Assembly (NCBI RefSeq): GCF_009914755.1
Contig: NC_060931.1
Direction: 5' to 3' (one strand)
DNA length: 64,000 nucleotides
From: the human T2T-CHM13v2.0 reference genome, Homo sapiens
This document shows, one piece after another, positions 39,736 through 60,108 of this stretch (positions within the stretch are counted from its first letter, which is position 1; each line of letters begins with the position of its first letter). The translations under genes were made by a program, and so were the position numbers. The notes below the pieces were generated by a model that ran no database searches, was not told the origin of the DNA, and saw only the letters and a list, made by a program, of their open reading frames with translations.

Positions 39736-40167
39736 TGTCAGGCCTCTGAGCCCAAGCTAAGCCATCATATCCCCTGTGACCTGCACGTCTACATCCAGAT
39801 CTCCTAAAGCAACTGAAGATCCACAAAAGAAGTGAAAATAGCCTTAACTGATGACATTCCACCATTGTGATTTGTTTCTTCCCCACCCTAACTGATCAAT
39901 GTACTTTGTAATCTCCCCCACCCTTAAGAAGGTTCTTTGTAATTCTCCCCACCCTTGAGAATGTACTTTGTGAGATCCATCCCCTGCCCGCAAAACATTG
40001 CTCCTAACTCCACTGCCTGTCCCAAAACCTATAAGAAGTAATGATAACCCACCACCCTTTGCTGACTCTCTTTTCGGACTCAGCCAGCCTGCACCCAGGT
40101 GAAATAAACAGCCTTGTTGCTCACACAAAGCCTGTTTGGTGATCTCTTCACACGGACTCGTGAGACA
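39736..40167 (+). mobile_element. Solo HERV-H LTR (LTR7B-like)
   Basis: TGTCAGGCCTCTGAGCCCAAGCTAAG...GAGACA; GCCAC/GCTAC TSD. Confidence 0.92.
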
Positions 40168-41044
40168 GCTACTATGTTACGTCAGAATGATTGCAAGCTG
40201 AATGTTAGGATTGGCTTAACTTTCTGCACCCAATATCCTAAGGGAGGAAAAAACCGGACCCTCTAAGGGGAAATATTATCTGTAGGGCCTGATCCCATCA
40301 TCGGACCCTTCACCCAACGCTGCTGAGTGAGTAGAGGGTTTATTTCATCCTTCCAATTTAGTGATTCAGTAGAGATTTCAAGACTCAAAGCTTAATTAAC
40401 TCCATTTTAATTGAAGTCATCTTCTCAGTCATGGTGTCTGCACGCAGGACAATTCAGCTTGGCCTCCAAGTGCTTCAGTACAAGGCCCAATTTCTGGCTC
40501 AGCCATTAACCAGCCCCAAGTCAGGATAATCAGACAAGTCTTCAATTTGTGGGGATTTTATGGTTGGAATCAGGGTACTTTGACCTCTGGAAGGACAGAC
40601 CTCTGAGGTGCAAGGATGTTTAACGGTTGCACAGAGAAGACAATCCTACAGAAAAGGCAGTAGTTGGGGCAGTGATTAGGACTCATTTTGGGGTGAGGGT
40701 GACAAGCACAGCGATCAACTAGCCTCACAGTCAGCTGTCTGCCTTTCCCGGATGGGTAACTGTCCCTTAATGGGAACTTCTTGTCTTCCAAGGAAGGCTA
40801 AGATAGGCAACTTGCTACAGTTTGCCTTAACATCAAAGCATGTCAAAAGGAGAACAATCCCAGTTTAAGAATCAGCCTGGGAGAAGGCAAGGAAGAATTT
40901 ATAGTTTAGGACAAATTCAAGGACTGTAAATCATCTAATGTGAATATAGCACAGGGAGGTAGTTGGAGACAAGCTTGTCAAATAGGCTGAAGCCAGATTA
41001 GACAGGATTTTGGACTTTTTTTCTAGTAGTAGAGAGCCATGCTA

Positions 41045-43130
<2,086 letters not shown>

Positions 43131-43772
43131 AGTTCAGGGAGCAGGGAGAAGAGAAGGAGGAACCAGTAAAATAATGAGAGTAGGTCGATGGAAAACCAAG
43201 AGAGCATCCACAGTGTCTATGATGCACAGAGAGCTGGTGGGGGAAAGTAGGAAGAAGCAGTAGACAACAGAGCATCAGTTTGGCTTCAAGTTATTCAACA
43301 TCCTCTCAGATTTAAATCATAAAAATTGATTGCTTGCTGGGCATGGTGGCATGTGCCTGTAATCCCAGTTACTTGGGAGGCTTAGGGGAGAGGATGGCTT
43401 GATGCCAGGAGTTCAAGACCAGCCTGGGCAACCTAGCAAGACCCCGTCCCTAAAAAGATAATAATAAAATAAATGGATTTCTGCCATTATCATTGTTTAG
43501 TACCAGCTGTATGCTAGAGACTGGGCTAAGTGTGCTACATGTGTTATTCTGCATACTCTTTATTCTTCTAACATATTTTGCATATTTTATGTTATCCTCA
43601 TAACAGCCCTGTGAGGCTGGGGGTTCTGACTGGTGAGGAATCCAAGGTCCCAAGGTTACATACCAAGTTAGTGCTGGAGCTGGGATTTGAACCTGGCTCT
43701 AGTTGGCACCAAAGCTCTTCTATGTCTCTCTTCTCGTCTACTTATATTTCTCTCTTCTTGCTACAAATATTT

Positions 43773-45075
43773 ACTTCTGTATTCTTCTAAGAGGTTTATG
43801 GTTTCCCCTTATAAATCTAGTTCTTTCATCTATTTGGAGTTAATTCCTGTGAATGATGTGAGATAGGGGTCTAGCTTCATTCTTTTGTTTGTGGACATCC
43901 AGTTGTCCCAGCTTCATTTATTTGTATTAAGGCTTTTAATCTTCTCATCCACTTCCCTCCCTCCCCACTCCAGCCCTTGGCAACCACGAATCCGCTTTCT
44001 GTCTCCATGGATTTTTCCATTTTGGACATTTTATATAAATGAAATCCCACAATATGTGCTCTTTTGTGACTGGCTTCTTTCACTTGGCATGATGTTTTTG
44101 AGGTTCGTTCAGGTTGTTGCATGGGTCCGTACTTTATTCCTTTTCATGGCTGAATAATATTCCATTATGTGGATAGTCTATTATACATTTTGTTTATCCA
44201 CTTAACTGTTGATGGGCATTTGGGTTGTCTCCACTTTTTGGCTATTGTGAGTGGTGGTGCTGTGAACATTTGTGTACAAGTTTTGGTGTGAACATCTCTT
44301 TCAATTTTCTTGGGTACCTAGGAGTGAGATTGCTGGGTCATATGGTAAACTCTATGGTTAACTGTTTGAGGAACTGCCAAGCTGTTTTTCCAAAGCAGCT
44401 GCATCATTTAACATTCCCTCAAGCCATGTAGGAGGGTTTGAATTTATCCGCATCCTTGGCAATGCATCTTATTGTCTGTCTTTTTTATTAGAATCATCCT
44501 GGTGGATATAAAGTGTATCACTGTGGTTTGATTTGCATTTCCCTAATGACTAATGATGCTGAGCATCTTTTCATGTACTTATTGGCCATTTGTATATATT
44601 CTTTGGAAAAATATCTATTCAGATCTTTTGCTTATTTTAAAATTGGGTTAATTGTCTTTTTATTGTCAAGTTGTAAAAATTCATTATATACCAGATGCAA
44701 ACCTCTTATCAGACATATGATTTGCAATTATTTTCTTCTATTCTGTGGGTCATCTTTGCATTTTCTTGATGGTATCATTTGAAGCACAATATTTTAAAAT
44801 TTCAGTAAAGTCCAATTTGTCTGTTTTTTCATTTGTCACTTGTACTTGTGTAGACACATCTAAGGAGGTTTTGCTTAACTCGAGGTCATGAAGATTTGCT
44901 TCTGTATCCTTCTAAAAGTTTTATGGCTTCCATTCTTAAATTGAGCTCTTTCATCCACTTGGAGTCAATTTCTGTGAATGGTGTGAGGTAGGATCCAGCT
45001 TCATTCTTTTGTTTGTGGACATCCAATTGTCCCAGTATCATTTGTTTGTATTAATGCTTTTCATCTTCATATCCA
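43773..45075 (-). mobile_element. L1MB-type fragment with ~175-bp direct duplication (43773-43951 / 44896-45075)
   Basis: Reverse L1M motifs; both copies share AGCTTCATTCTTTTGTTTGTGGACATCCA and the following flank. Confidence 0.8.
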
Positions 45076-45255
45076 TTTTATGTAGAGGTGCATTATTATC
45101 CCATTATATAGATGGGTAAACAGAGATGCATAGCAGTTAAACAACTTCTGCAGTATCATCCCAGCTGGTCAGTGGCAGAGACTGGATTTGAGTCAGGCAG
45201 TTTGTATCTGAGCCTGTGTTATATGGCCTCACAACATGCCTCCTTATCTTTTGTT

Positions 45256-45702
45256 AATTTTTTTTTTTATGTTTTAGTTTTAGAGACAGGGTCTTGCTCT
45301 TTCACTCAGGCTGGAGTGCAGTGGCACAATTATAGCTTACTGTGCCTCAAATCCCTGGGCTCAAGCGATCCTCCAGCCTCAGCCTCCTGAGTAGTTGGGA
45401 CTATAAGCACGTGTCACAACATCTGGGTAATTTAAAATATTTTTTTGTAGAAATGAGTTCTTGGTATGTTGCCTGGGATGGTCTCAAACTCCTGGGCTCA
45501 AATAATCCTCCTACCCTAACCTCCCAAGTAGCTAGGGCTACAGGTGTGCACCACCACCTCCAGCTAGTTTTTTAATTTTTTGTAGAGATAGGGTCTTGCT
45601 ATGTTGCCCAGGCCTCACTCTTGAATTCTGGCCTCAGGTGAGCCTTACCACTTGGCCTTCCAAAGTGCTGGGATTACAGGCATGAGCCTCCACATCTGGC
45701 CC
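45256..45702 (-). mobile_element. AluJ with extra monomer
   Basis: Three consecutive reverse Alu arms. Confidence 0.8.
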
Positions 45703-46412
45703 AACATGCCTTTTTGAATACAGGTACTGGAGGTTGAAAGTAGAGAAGGTGATCTTGTGCCATCCTGCATTGCTGTAGGACTGCAGAAGTGATGGCTACA
45801 GCTTCATCCTTTGAGACCTGGAGTGCCAGGACACCCAGGCTCCCTGCAGCAACAGTGTGTGAGAAATGGCCACAGCCTGACACCCGAGGCCATTGGTGTA
45901 GGAGGCCTGTCCACCATGAAAGTATTGGGCTGGTTTCTGCTCACAAGCAGCTCTGCAGCTTGAGGGGTGAGGGGACAAAGTGGCTGTATTAGGGCCTGGG
46001 GTTGCTTTGGAGGCCCAGGGCCCCATGGAATATCCCCAAACATGGGGAGAAAGGAGACACTCCCCAGAAACAAGGTGCCCAGACAGTGAGGGGAGCAAAT
46101 GAGGAGTGGTGTCATTTAGAGCAAAGGAAGAGATAAAATAAATGCACCCTGTGCCTTCATCTGTTTGTCAGCCCTAGCAGAATCCCTTAGACTGGGTAGT
46201 TTATAAACTATAGATACTTATTGCTCATGGTTCTGGAGGCTGGGAAGTCCAAGATCAAGTCCAGATCATGCCCAAGATCAAGGTGCTTGCAGATTCTGTG
46301 TCTGGTGAGGGCCCACTTTGCAGTTCTGAGATGATGCTTTCTTGCTGTGTCCTTACATGGTGGAAGGGACACAAGCTCCCTCAGGCCTCTTTTACTTTTC
46401 AAAAATTTTTAT

Positions 46413-46492
46413 TTAGGTTGGTGCAAATGTGATTGCAGTGTTTGCAATTACTTTTAATGGCAAAAACCACAATTACATGTGCAGCAACCTAA
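46413..46492. mobile_element. MADE1 (mariner MITE)
   Basis: 80-bp palindrome TTAGGTTGGTGCAAA...GCAACCTAA. Confidence 0.9.
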
Positions 46493-48022
<1,530 letters not shown>

Positions 48023-48706
48023 TGATAGGGATAAGGTTTGAACATACAAATCTGGGGAGATGCAAACATCCAGGCCATGACACCCTGTGATTCAGGAGAT
48101 GGAGACCTGGGCAGTGGCCCCAGCAGAGGCACTTGGCTTGACCCTCCCTGGCTTTGCTGTCCTTATTAGGCTGTTACAAAACTGTTTCCAGGGGGCAGGA
48201 GAAGGATGGGTTATGTGGGTCCACTTCATGTGCACCTGCTTGGGTGATGTTTTCCTCCCATCTTTTGTCATCAATAACCAGCTGGAGTAGAGCGCTGTGG
48301 GCTGCAAGCTGTCACTGGCTGTGGGCTGGAGGCTAACAGAATGCCATTTCCCGGTGAGCAGACCCCTGGTGTTTGGTGCCCCAGGGCAGCCAGAGGCCAG
48401 TGCACGAAGGAAAGGGCAAGGGGTCCTAGGAGCCTCACCCCTCCTGGCAAGGGTTCAATGCTGTGGCTTCCCTAGAATATCTGGCCCTGGACACTTGCTC
48501 CACCCTTTACCAGCTTTGCACCCCGCTTTGTGCCTCTGTTTCGTTACTTCTTCTGCAAAATGGGAAAAATAATTGTAAAAAATAAAAATATTGTACCATG
48601 TAGTATTGTTGTTTGGATTAAATTAGGTAATACACACAAAGCTCTCGAAAAAGTGCTGGACATGGTGCACCTGTGCAATACGTGTTAGCTGTTATTGCTG
48701 ATATAA

Positions 48707-51460
<2,754 letters not shown>

Positions 51461-51470
<10 letters not shown>

Positions 51471-52078
51471 AGAGAGAGAGAGAGAGAGGTGGGGGGGAGG
51501 GAGGGAGGGAGAGAGAGAGAGGGGTGGGAGAGAGAGAGAAAGAAAGAAAGAAAGGAAAGAAAGAAAAAGAAAGAAGGAAGGAAGGAAGGAAAGAAAGGAA
51601 GGAAGGAAGGAAGGAAGAAAGAAAGAGAAAAAGAAAAAGAAAAGAGAAAATTCCAGGCCCCGTTCTAGAGCTATGATTGTGTCACTGTCCTTTAACCTCG
51701 GCAATAGAGAGTGAGACCCTGTCAAAGAAAGAAGGAAGGAAGGAAGCAAGGGCGGAAAGAAGGAAGGAGGGAATAAAAGAAGGAAGGAAGGAAAGAAAGG
51801 AGGGAGGGAGGAAGGGAGGGAGGAAGGGAGGGAGGGAGGGAGGGAGGGAGGGAGGGAGGAAGGGAGGGAGGAAGGGAGGGAGGGAGGAAGGAAGGAAGGG
51901 AGGGAGGGAGGGAGGAAGGAAGGAAGGGAGGGAGGGAGGGAGGAAGGAAGGGAGGGAGGGAGGGAGGGAGGGAGGGAGGGAGGGAGGAAGGGAGGGAGGA
52001 AGGAAGGGAGGGAGGGAGGGAGGGAGGGAGGGAGGGAGGAAGGGAGGGAGGGAGGGAGGGAGGGAAGAAGGAAAAAAA
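51461..52078 (+). repeat. Polypurine (GGAA/GGGA/GAAA)n tracts in two blocks
   Basis: Directly visible at 51461-51650 and 51724-52078. Confidence 0.95.
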
Positions 52079-52984
52079 ATCCTAGGCCCCATTTCAGAGC
52101 TACAGTATCAGTACAACTTTACATTTGACAACTTTACATCTGAAAGGCACTAACCTAGAACAACTTCACTGAAAATCTCCCTAAAATGCAGTTTCTACTA
52201 GTGAATGCATTGTGGAATCTCAACTGTCCCCTTCAAGGGTGACCGAGGGCAGCCAATTTTATGCACCTTAACCCCAATATAAACCTCAGAAATGATACAG
52301 TCCCAGGTCTCCCAGGTTTGTCTTCCCATAAAAGAACCCTGATTGGGATTGGATGTCTTGGTTTTTTTCTACAATAATAATAATAATGTTTAGATATCTA
52401 AATCTCCCTTTTTACAGCTGGAAAATAAAGTTTTGACCCACACCTGCGGAGTGTTTTGAGATGATATAGCAAGAAATGTTGCCCAAAACAATGAAAACTC
52501 AACCTCAAATGATTTTATGTGTTTAATTTGTACTACCTCATTTCCCACCAGTGTTCTCACATCTGAAGGCTATTTTCTGGGCTTTGAAAGATGAAAAGTA
52601 TGGTTAATGAACAGCAAATGTAGTCAAGTGATACCAATGACTTCTAAAATCTCTCAGCTGCCAGGGCAGTCTGGTTTCCAAAGCACTTCCACGTATAAAA
52701 TCCCCGGGAGTCAGAGGCAGCCTCAATTAGCACATTCATTTTCACAGACAAGAGTCTTAGCGTGTTTCAGATTTTGAGAGAGATTATATAGAGGACACAA
52801 AGCTGGCAAGTGTCAAAAGTCGTTGGGAGCCCAGAGCTGTCTGACACCAAATTGGATTAAAAAACATGTATCACTTTTGGAGGTCAAGGTGAGAGGATCA
52901 CTTGAGCCCAGGAATTGAAGGTTACAGGGAGCTATGTCTGCACCATTGTACTCCAGCCTGGGTGACAGAGTGAGACGCTGTCTC

Positions 52985-53016
<32 letters not shown>

Positions 53017-55548
53017 CAGGCAAGGTGACTCACGCCTGTAATCTCAGCACTTTGGGAGCCTAGGTAGGCAGATCACTGGAGGCCAGAAGTTCGAGACCAG
53101 CCTGGGCAACATGGTAAAACCCCATCTCTACTAAAAAAACAAAAATTAGCCAGGTGTGGTGGCGGGCACCTGTAATCCCAGATACTCGGGAGGCTGAGGC
53201 ATGAGAATCGCTTGTACCTGGAAGTAGAGGCTGCAGTGAGCTGAGATTGTGCCACTGCACTCCAGCCTGGGAGAAGAGAGAGACTCTGTCTCAAACAAAA
53301 CAAAACAAATCCAAAAAACAAAAAACCAAACAACCAAACCACACCCCAGGTGTTTGAAACAAACAAACAAAAAAAACAAGTAGAAACAACCCAGTCATCC
53401 ATCAGTGAATGAGTGGATAAACAAAATGTAATACATCCATACAATGGAATAGTATTTATTCTTAAAGGGGAACAAAGTTCTGAGCCATGCTTCAACTCAG
53501 AATGAACCTCAGAAACATACTCAGTGGAAGATGCCACACACAAAAGCCACATATATTACAGGATTCCTTTTCTTACTATGAAATGTCCAGAATAGGCAAA
53601 TCCATGGAGACAGAAAGTGGATTCATGGTTGGCAAGGGTTGGGGGAGAGGGCGTGGCGAGTGTCCACTTATGGGAAGGGGCTTTCCTCTGGGGTTGATGG
53701 AAATGTTCTAGAACTAGAGAGTGGTGATTCATAGTGCACGACACTGTGAATATGCTCAATGTCAGTAATGACATATTTTATGAGTATTTTAATATAATTT
53801 AAATTTTTATTTTTTATAGAGATGGGGTCTTGCTATATTGTCCTGTCCAGTCTTGTCTGGAACTCCTGGCCTCAAGCAATTCTCCTGCCTCAAACTTCCC
53901 AAAGTGCTGGGTTTAAGGTGTAAGGCATCATGCCCAGCCTACCATAATTAAAAAAAGAAAAAGAAATGAGAAACAAAAAGTGTGGGGTCAGAAGGGGTCT
54001 CATCCCCCATGCTGATCTGGGCTCTGGCTTTGTTGTAGCCCTGGCCTCCCCTGTATGGGACGAAGGCCTCTCCTCAGCATCTCAGTTACTGGGTGGGGGG
54101 ATCTGAGTGTGATATTGAGGAAAGACCAGATGAGACACCTCCTAGGCTGAGGGTTCCTGCCACCATCCCAGTGCTCCCAGCACAGAGCCTTTTCTTTGCA
54201 TTTTCAGGCCCTCCCCTTTGAAATGACAGGAGCTCTGATACATGAGGAAGCTGGAAGCCTGGACTTCACACGAGGCTGCCGAGGGTGGTGGTCAGACGGC
54301 TGGAGGTGGTGTCTGGAAGGTGGACTGACTCCTGGATGCAGCTCAAAACTGCATTTTAAATTATTTGTTTATTTATTTATTTAAGACAGGATCTCACTCT
54401 GTTACTCAAGCTGGAGTATAGTGGTGTGATTGTAGCTCACCGCAGCCTCGAACTCCTGGCCTCAAGGGATCCTCATGCCCCAGCCTCCCAAAGTGCTGGG
54501 ATCACAGGTATGAGCCACCACGCCCAGCCAAATTTTATTCTTTATTCAAATTTTGTTCAAATTTTATTCTTAATTCTGATTTATTTTTGTTCATTGTTTT
54601 CCTCTTGGTCTTCTGTGTGTAGAAGATCCATTGTTGGGACAATCACAGCCAAAATTACCCCTTGGACTTGTGTCCCTGGTTTGAAGAGAACGTCCTTCAT
54701 TTGCTAATTCGTTCACCTTGTACCTCTCATGGGGGGCACCTGCCAGGCTCTGGGGCTGCAAGGCAGAGACAAACTACACTTAGCTCCTGCCCTCAGGGCA
54801 TACAGTCTTGTAAATAAAGTTTTCAGTGGAACTAATAATAATGATGCTATTGCTTGACATCTTCTATGTACCTGGCATTGTGGTAAGCACTTTATGTTCA
54901 TCAATTTTTTTATGTTAATTAATTTAATCGTTGAACAGCCATCTCAAGTATGTACTATTTTTAATCCCCATTTTACAGATGGGGAAACTGAGGACCAGAG
55001 TGTTGCAGTAATGTTCTCGAGTTTATACCACAGGTCGTAAGTGGCAGAGCTGGACTTTGTAGAACTGGAATGCAGGACCTTTTCTTTTTTCTTTTTTCTT
55101 TTTTTTTTTTCTATTTTTGAGACGGAGTCTTGCTCTGTCACCTAGGCTGGAGTGCAGTGGCGCAATCTTGGCTTACTGCTGCCTCTGCCTCCCGGGTTAA
55201 GTGATTCTCCTGCCTCAGCTTCCTGAGCAGCAGGGATTACAGGCACCCACCACCACACAAGGTAATTTCTGTATTTTTAGTAGAGAAGAGGGTTTTGCCC
55301 TATTGGCCAGGCTGGTCTTGAACTCCTGACCTCAGGTGATCTACCTGCCTCGGCCTCCCAAAATGCCGAGATTACAGGAGTGAGCCACCATGCCGGGCCA
55401 GAATCCAGGATCTTAATCGCTGCGTTAGACCACCCCACAAAGGGACATTTCTAGCTCTCTGCAGTGAGCACTGGACCTAACAGCGCATCAAGGTATCAGC
55501 GCATCAAGACGTAGGTTTCTTCCTATAATACGTGAGGACATTAGCTGA

Positions 55549-55924
<376 letters not shown>

Positions 55925-55952
55925 TCTGTCTCTTTTTTAACTACAGAGTTTC

Positions 55953-56965
55953 TTTTTTTTTTTTTAAACATTTATTTTAAGTTCAGGGGTACAAGTGCAG
56001 GTTTGTTATGTTGGTAAACTCCTATCACAGGGGTGTGTTGTACAGATTACTTCATCACCCAGGTATTAAGCCTAGTACCCATTAGTTATTTTTTCTGACA
56101 CTCTCCTCCCACCCTCCACCCTTTGACAGACCCCAGTGTATGTTGTTCCCCTCTATGTGTCTGCGTGTTCTCATCATTTAGCTCCCACTTATAAGTGAGA
56201 ATATATGGTATTTGGTTTTCTGTTTCTGTGTTAGTTTGCTAAGGATAATGGCCTCCAGCTCCATCCATGTCCCTGCAAATGACATGATCTCATTCTTTTT
56301 TATGGCTGCATAGTATTCCATGGTGTATATGTACCACATTTTCTTCATCCAGTCTACCATTGATGGGCATTTAGGTTGATTCTTTGTGTTTGCTATTGTG
56401 AAAGCAAAAACTGACAAATGGGATCTAATTAAACTAAAGAGCTTCTGCACAGGAAAAGAAACTATCAACAAGAGTAAATAGATAACCTACAGAATGGGAG
56501 AAAATTTTTGCAAACTATGCATCTGACAAAGGTCTAACGTCCAGGAACTTAAACAAATTTATAAGCAAAACACAAAGGACTCCATAAAAAAGCTGGCAAA
56601 GGACATGAACAGAAACTTTTCCAAAGAATACTTACATGGAGCCAACAATCATATGAAAATAAGCTCAACATCAATGAGCATTAGAGAAATGCAAATTAAA
56701 ACCACCACGGATACGATCTCACACCAGTCAGAATGGCTGTTATTAAAACGTCAAAAAATAACAAATACTGGCAAGGTTGTGAAGTAGAAGGGACATTTAT
56801 ACTCCATTGGCGAAAGTATGAATTAGTTCGACGATTGTGGAAGACAGTGTGGAGATTCCTCAAAGACCTAAAGACAGAAATACTATTTGATCCAGCAGTC
56901 CCATTATTGGGTATATACCCAAATGAATATAAATCATTCTATTATAAAGACACATGCACATGTAT
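55953..56965 (-). mobile_element. L1PA 3' fragment with 5' inversion (twin priming)
   Basis: 55953-56402 is the reverse 3' end; 56401-56965 is the directly upstream L1 segment in opposite orientation. Confidence 0.85.
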
Positions 56966-59077
56966 GGGGGGTTTTTTTTTTTTCTATTTTCATTATTTAT
57001 TTGTGCCAACTTTTTTTTTTGTTCCTATTTTTATAATTATCTCCAGGGGAGTGAAGACTTGTAGAAGAGTTTCTGAGAAGAAACCACATGACTACTTCAT
57101 ACTGACACACCTTCCAGCGACTTCAGCTTTGTCTTCATGTAATCTTGTCATCTTGGAAGATGAGTATTGATTGGATATATCTGGCAAAGAATTCTGAAAA
57201 CGTTTCTGGGCAGGGTGTCTTGGCTGATTACAAAATCATCTCATCCCAAATCCCTTCATGCTTCTAGCCTTGGGGAGACCACTGTACCTTCTGCATTAGA
57301 AGCTGGACATGTTGGGGTCCATATTTGGAATTTGGATCCCGTGATAATAATAGTGACTGTTACGCACTCTTGGGAATTCAGTAATGATGCCTTTTTTTTT
57401 TCCTTTTTTTTCTTAAAGACAGGTTCTTGCCCTATTGCCCAGGCTGGAGTGCAGTGGCACAATCACAGTTCACCACAGCCTCCAACTCCTGGGCTCAAGT
57501 GATCCTCTTACCTCAGCCTCCCGAGTACCTAGGACTACAGGTGGGTGCCACCATGCCCAGCCAATTTGTTTTTAGTTTTTGTAGAGACGGGGTCTCGCTA
57601 TGTTGCTCAGGCTGGTCTCAAACTCTTGGCTTCAAACAATCTTTTTGCTTTAGCCTCCCAAGGTGACCCACTTTTTTTTTTTTAAATCTAATTTGGTGTC
57701 AGACAGCTCTTGGCTCCCAACTAGTTTTGACACTTGCCAGCTTTGTGTCCTTTATATAATCTCTCTAAAAATCTGAAACACTCTAAAACTCTTGTCTGTG
57801 AAAATGCATGTGCTAATTGAGGCTACCTCTGACTCTTAGGGATTTTATAAATGCAACTGCTTTGGAAACCAGACTGCTGGAGGCTGAGAGATTTTAGAAG
57901 TCGTTGCTGGTATCACACGACTGTGTCTGCTATTCATTAACCATATTTTTCACCTTTCAAAGCCCAGAAACTAGCCTTGAGATGTGAGAACACTGGTAGG
58001 AAATGAGAAAATACAAACTAAAAACATAAAATCATTTTGGGTTGAATTTTCATTGTTTGGGGCAATATTTCTTGCTGTGTCATCTTAAAATACTCCACAA
58101 GTATGGGTCAAATTGGTTTTTTTTCTTCAGTTCTAAAAAGGGAGATTTAGATGATATCTAAATTTATTATTTTTGTAAAATAAAAAAGCCACCCAACCCC
58201 AGCGTTCTTTTGTGAGAAGACAGAATTAGGACATATAAAACTATATATTTCTGAGGTTTATATTGGAGGTAAGATGCACAAAATTTGCTGCCCCGGGTCA
58301 TCCATGAAGGGGACAGATGATATTCCATGACGGATTCACTAGTAGAAACTGCATTTTGGGGAGCTTTTTCAGTGAAGCTGCTCTAGGTTAGTGCCTTTCA
58401 GACGTAATGTTGTCAAATATAAAGTTGTGCATGAATCACCTGGAGATCTTACTGAAAGGCAGATTCTGATCCTGTATTGAGACAGCATCTCTCTCTTTCA
58501 CCAAGGCTGGAGTGCAGTGGTGCAATCATGGCTCACTACAACCTCGAGCTCCTGGTCTCAAGCTATCCTCCAGCCTCTGCCCCGCTGAATAACTGGGACT
58601 GCGGTCATGCACCACCAAACCTGGCTAATTTTTAAATTTTTTGTAGAGACAAGGTCTTGCTATGTTGCCCAGGCTGGTCTTGAACTCCTGGCCTCAATCG
58701 ATGCTCGCACCGAAATCTCCCAAAGAGCTGGGACTACAGGTGTGAGCCACCACACTGGATTCTGCATTTCTAATAAACTCCCCAGTGATGCTGAGGCTGC
58801 AGGTTCTCAGCCCAGATTTTGAGTAGCAAGATGATAGAATTGCTTGTACTGAACAATTACAGGTGGTGTTCCATATTGTGAAAATTGTGTTGAGCACATG
58901 CTGAGGTTGGGATTGGCCAAAATGTTAAAGAAAGCAGTTACTCCTATTGAATTGTCTTTAAGAGATACCTTCAGGGAAGACCCAAAGTAAAGTAGAAAAT
59001 CCTGTTGGAAACAAGGTGGGCTTGTCAACTGATGTCTGTCTGTCCAAGTGTGCATGGCTGAAAAAATCTAATCCTGC

Positions 59078-59440
59078 TGTATTAGTCCATTTTCATGCTG
59101 CTGATAAAGACATACCCGAGACTGGGAAGAAAAAGAAGTTTAATGGACTCACAGTTCCACATGGCTGGGGAGGCTTCACAATCATGGCAGAAGACAAGGA
59201 GAAAGTCATGTCTTACATGGATGGCGGCCGGCAAAGAGAGAGAGAGCTTGTGCAGGGGAACTCCTCTTCATAAAACCGTCAGCTCTCATGAGACTTATTC
59301 ACTATCAAGAGAACAGCACAGGAAAGACCTGTCTTCCATGATTCAATTACCTCCCACTAGGTCCCTCCCACAACACATGAGAATTGTGGGAGCTACAATT
59401 GAAGATGAGATTTGGGTGGGAACACAGCCAAACCATGTCA
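59078..59440 (-). mobile_element. THE1B-type MaLR LTR
   Basis: CCTGC TSD (59073-59077/59441-59445). Confidence 0.9.
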
Positions 59441-59477
59441 CCTGCCTAGGAATTGGGCATACAGGTAGGGATCCCAG

Positions 59478-60108
59478 TGTCAGAGGCATTTAACAAGAGG
59501 AACTCCATCTTGAATAGGGGCTGTGTAAAATAAGGCTGAGACCTACTGGGCTGCATTCCCAGGAGGTGAAGGCATTTAAGGCATTCTTAGTCAAAGGATG
59601 AGATAGGAGGCCAGCACAAAATACAGGTAGTAAAGACCTTGCTGATAAAACAAGATGTGGTAAAGAAGCCAGCCAAAACCCAGCAAAACCAAGATGGTGA
59701 TGAGAGTGACCTCTGATGGTCCTCACTGCTCATTATATGCTAATTATAATAAATTAGCATGCTAAAGACACTCCCCTCAGCACCATGACAGTTTACAGGT
59801 GCCATGGCCACATTAGGAAGTTACCCTATATGGTCTAAAAAGGGGAAGAACCCTCAGTTCTGGGAATTGCTCACCCTTTCCTGGAAAACTCATGAATAAT
59901 CCACCTCCTTGTTTAGCATATAATCAAGAAATAACCATAAAAATTGGCCACCAGGGGCCCATGCCACTGCCCTGCCTATGGCATAGCCATTTTTTATTTA
60001 TTTGCTAATAAACTTGCTTTTACTTTATGGATTTGCCTCAAATTCTTTCTTGTGCAAGATCCAAGAATCCTCTCTTGGGGTCTGGATTGGGACCCCTTTC
60101 CAGAAACA
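59478..60108 (+). mobile_element. MER41B-type solo LTR
   Basis: TGTCAGAGGC...GAAACA; CCAG/CCAA flanks; tandem GAS TTCTGGGAA (59858) and TTCCTGGAA (59878). Confidence 0.9.

Noticed and set aside
59945-59962. Second CTCF-like motif TGGCCACCAGGGGCCCAT
   Set aside because: 3' half departs from consensus; inside MER41B; weak
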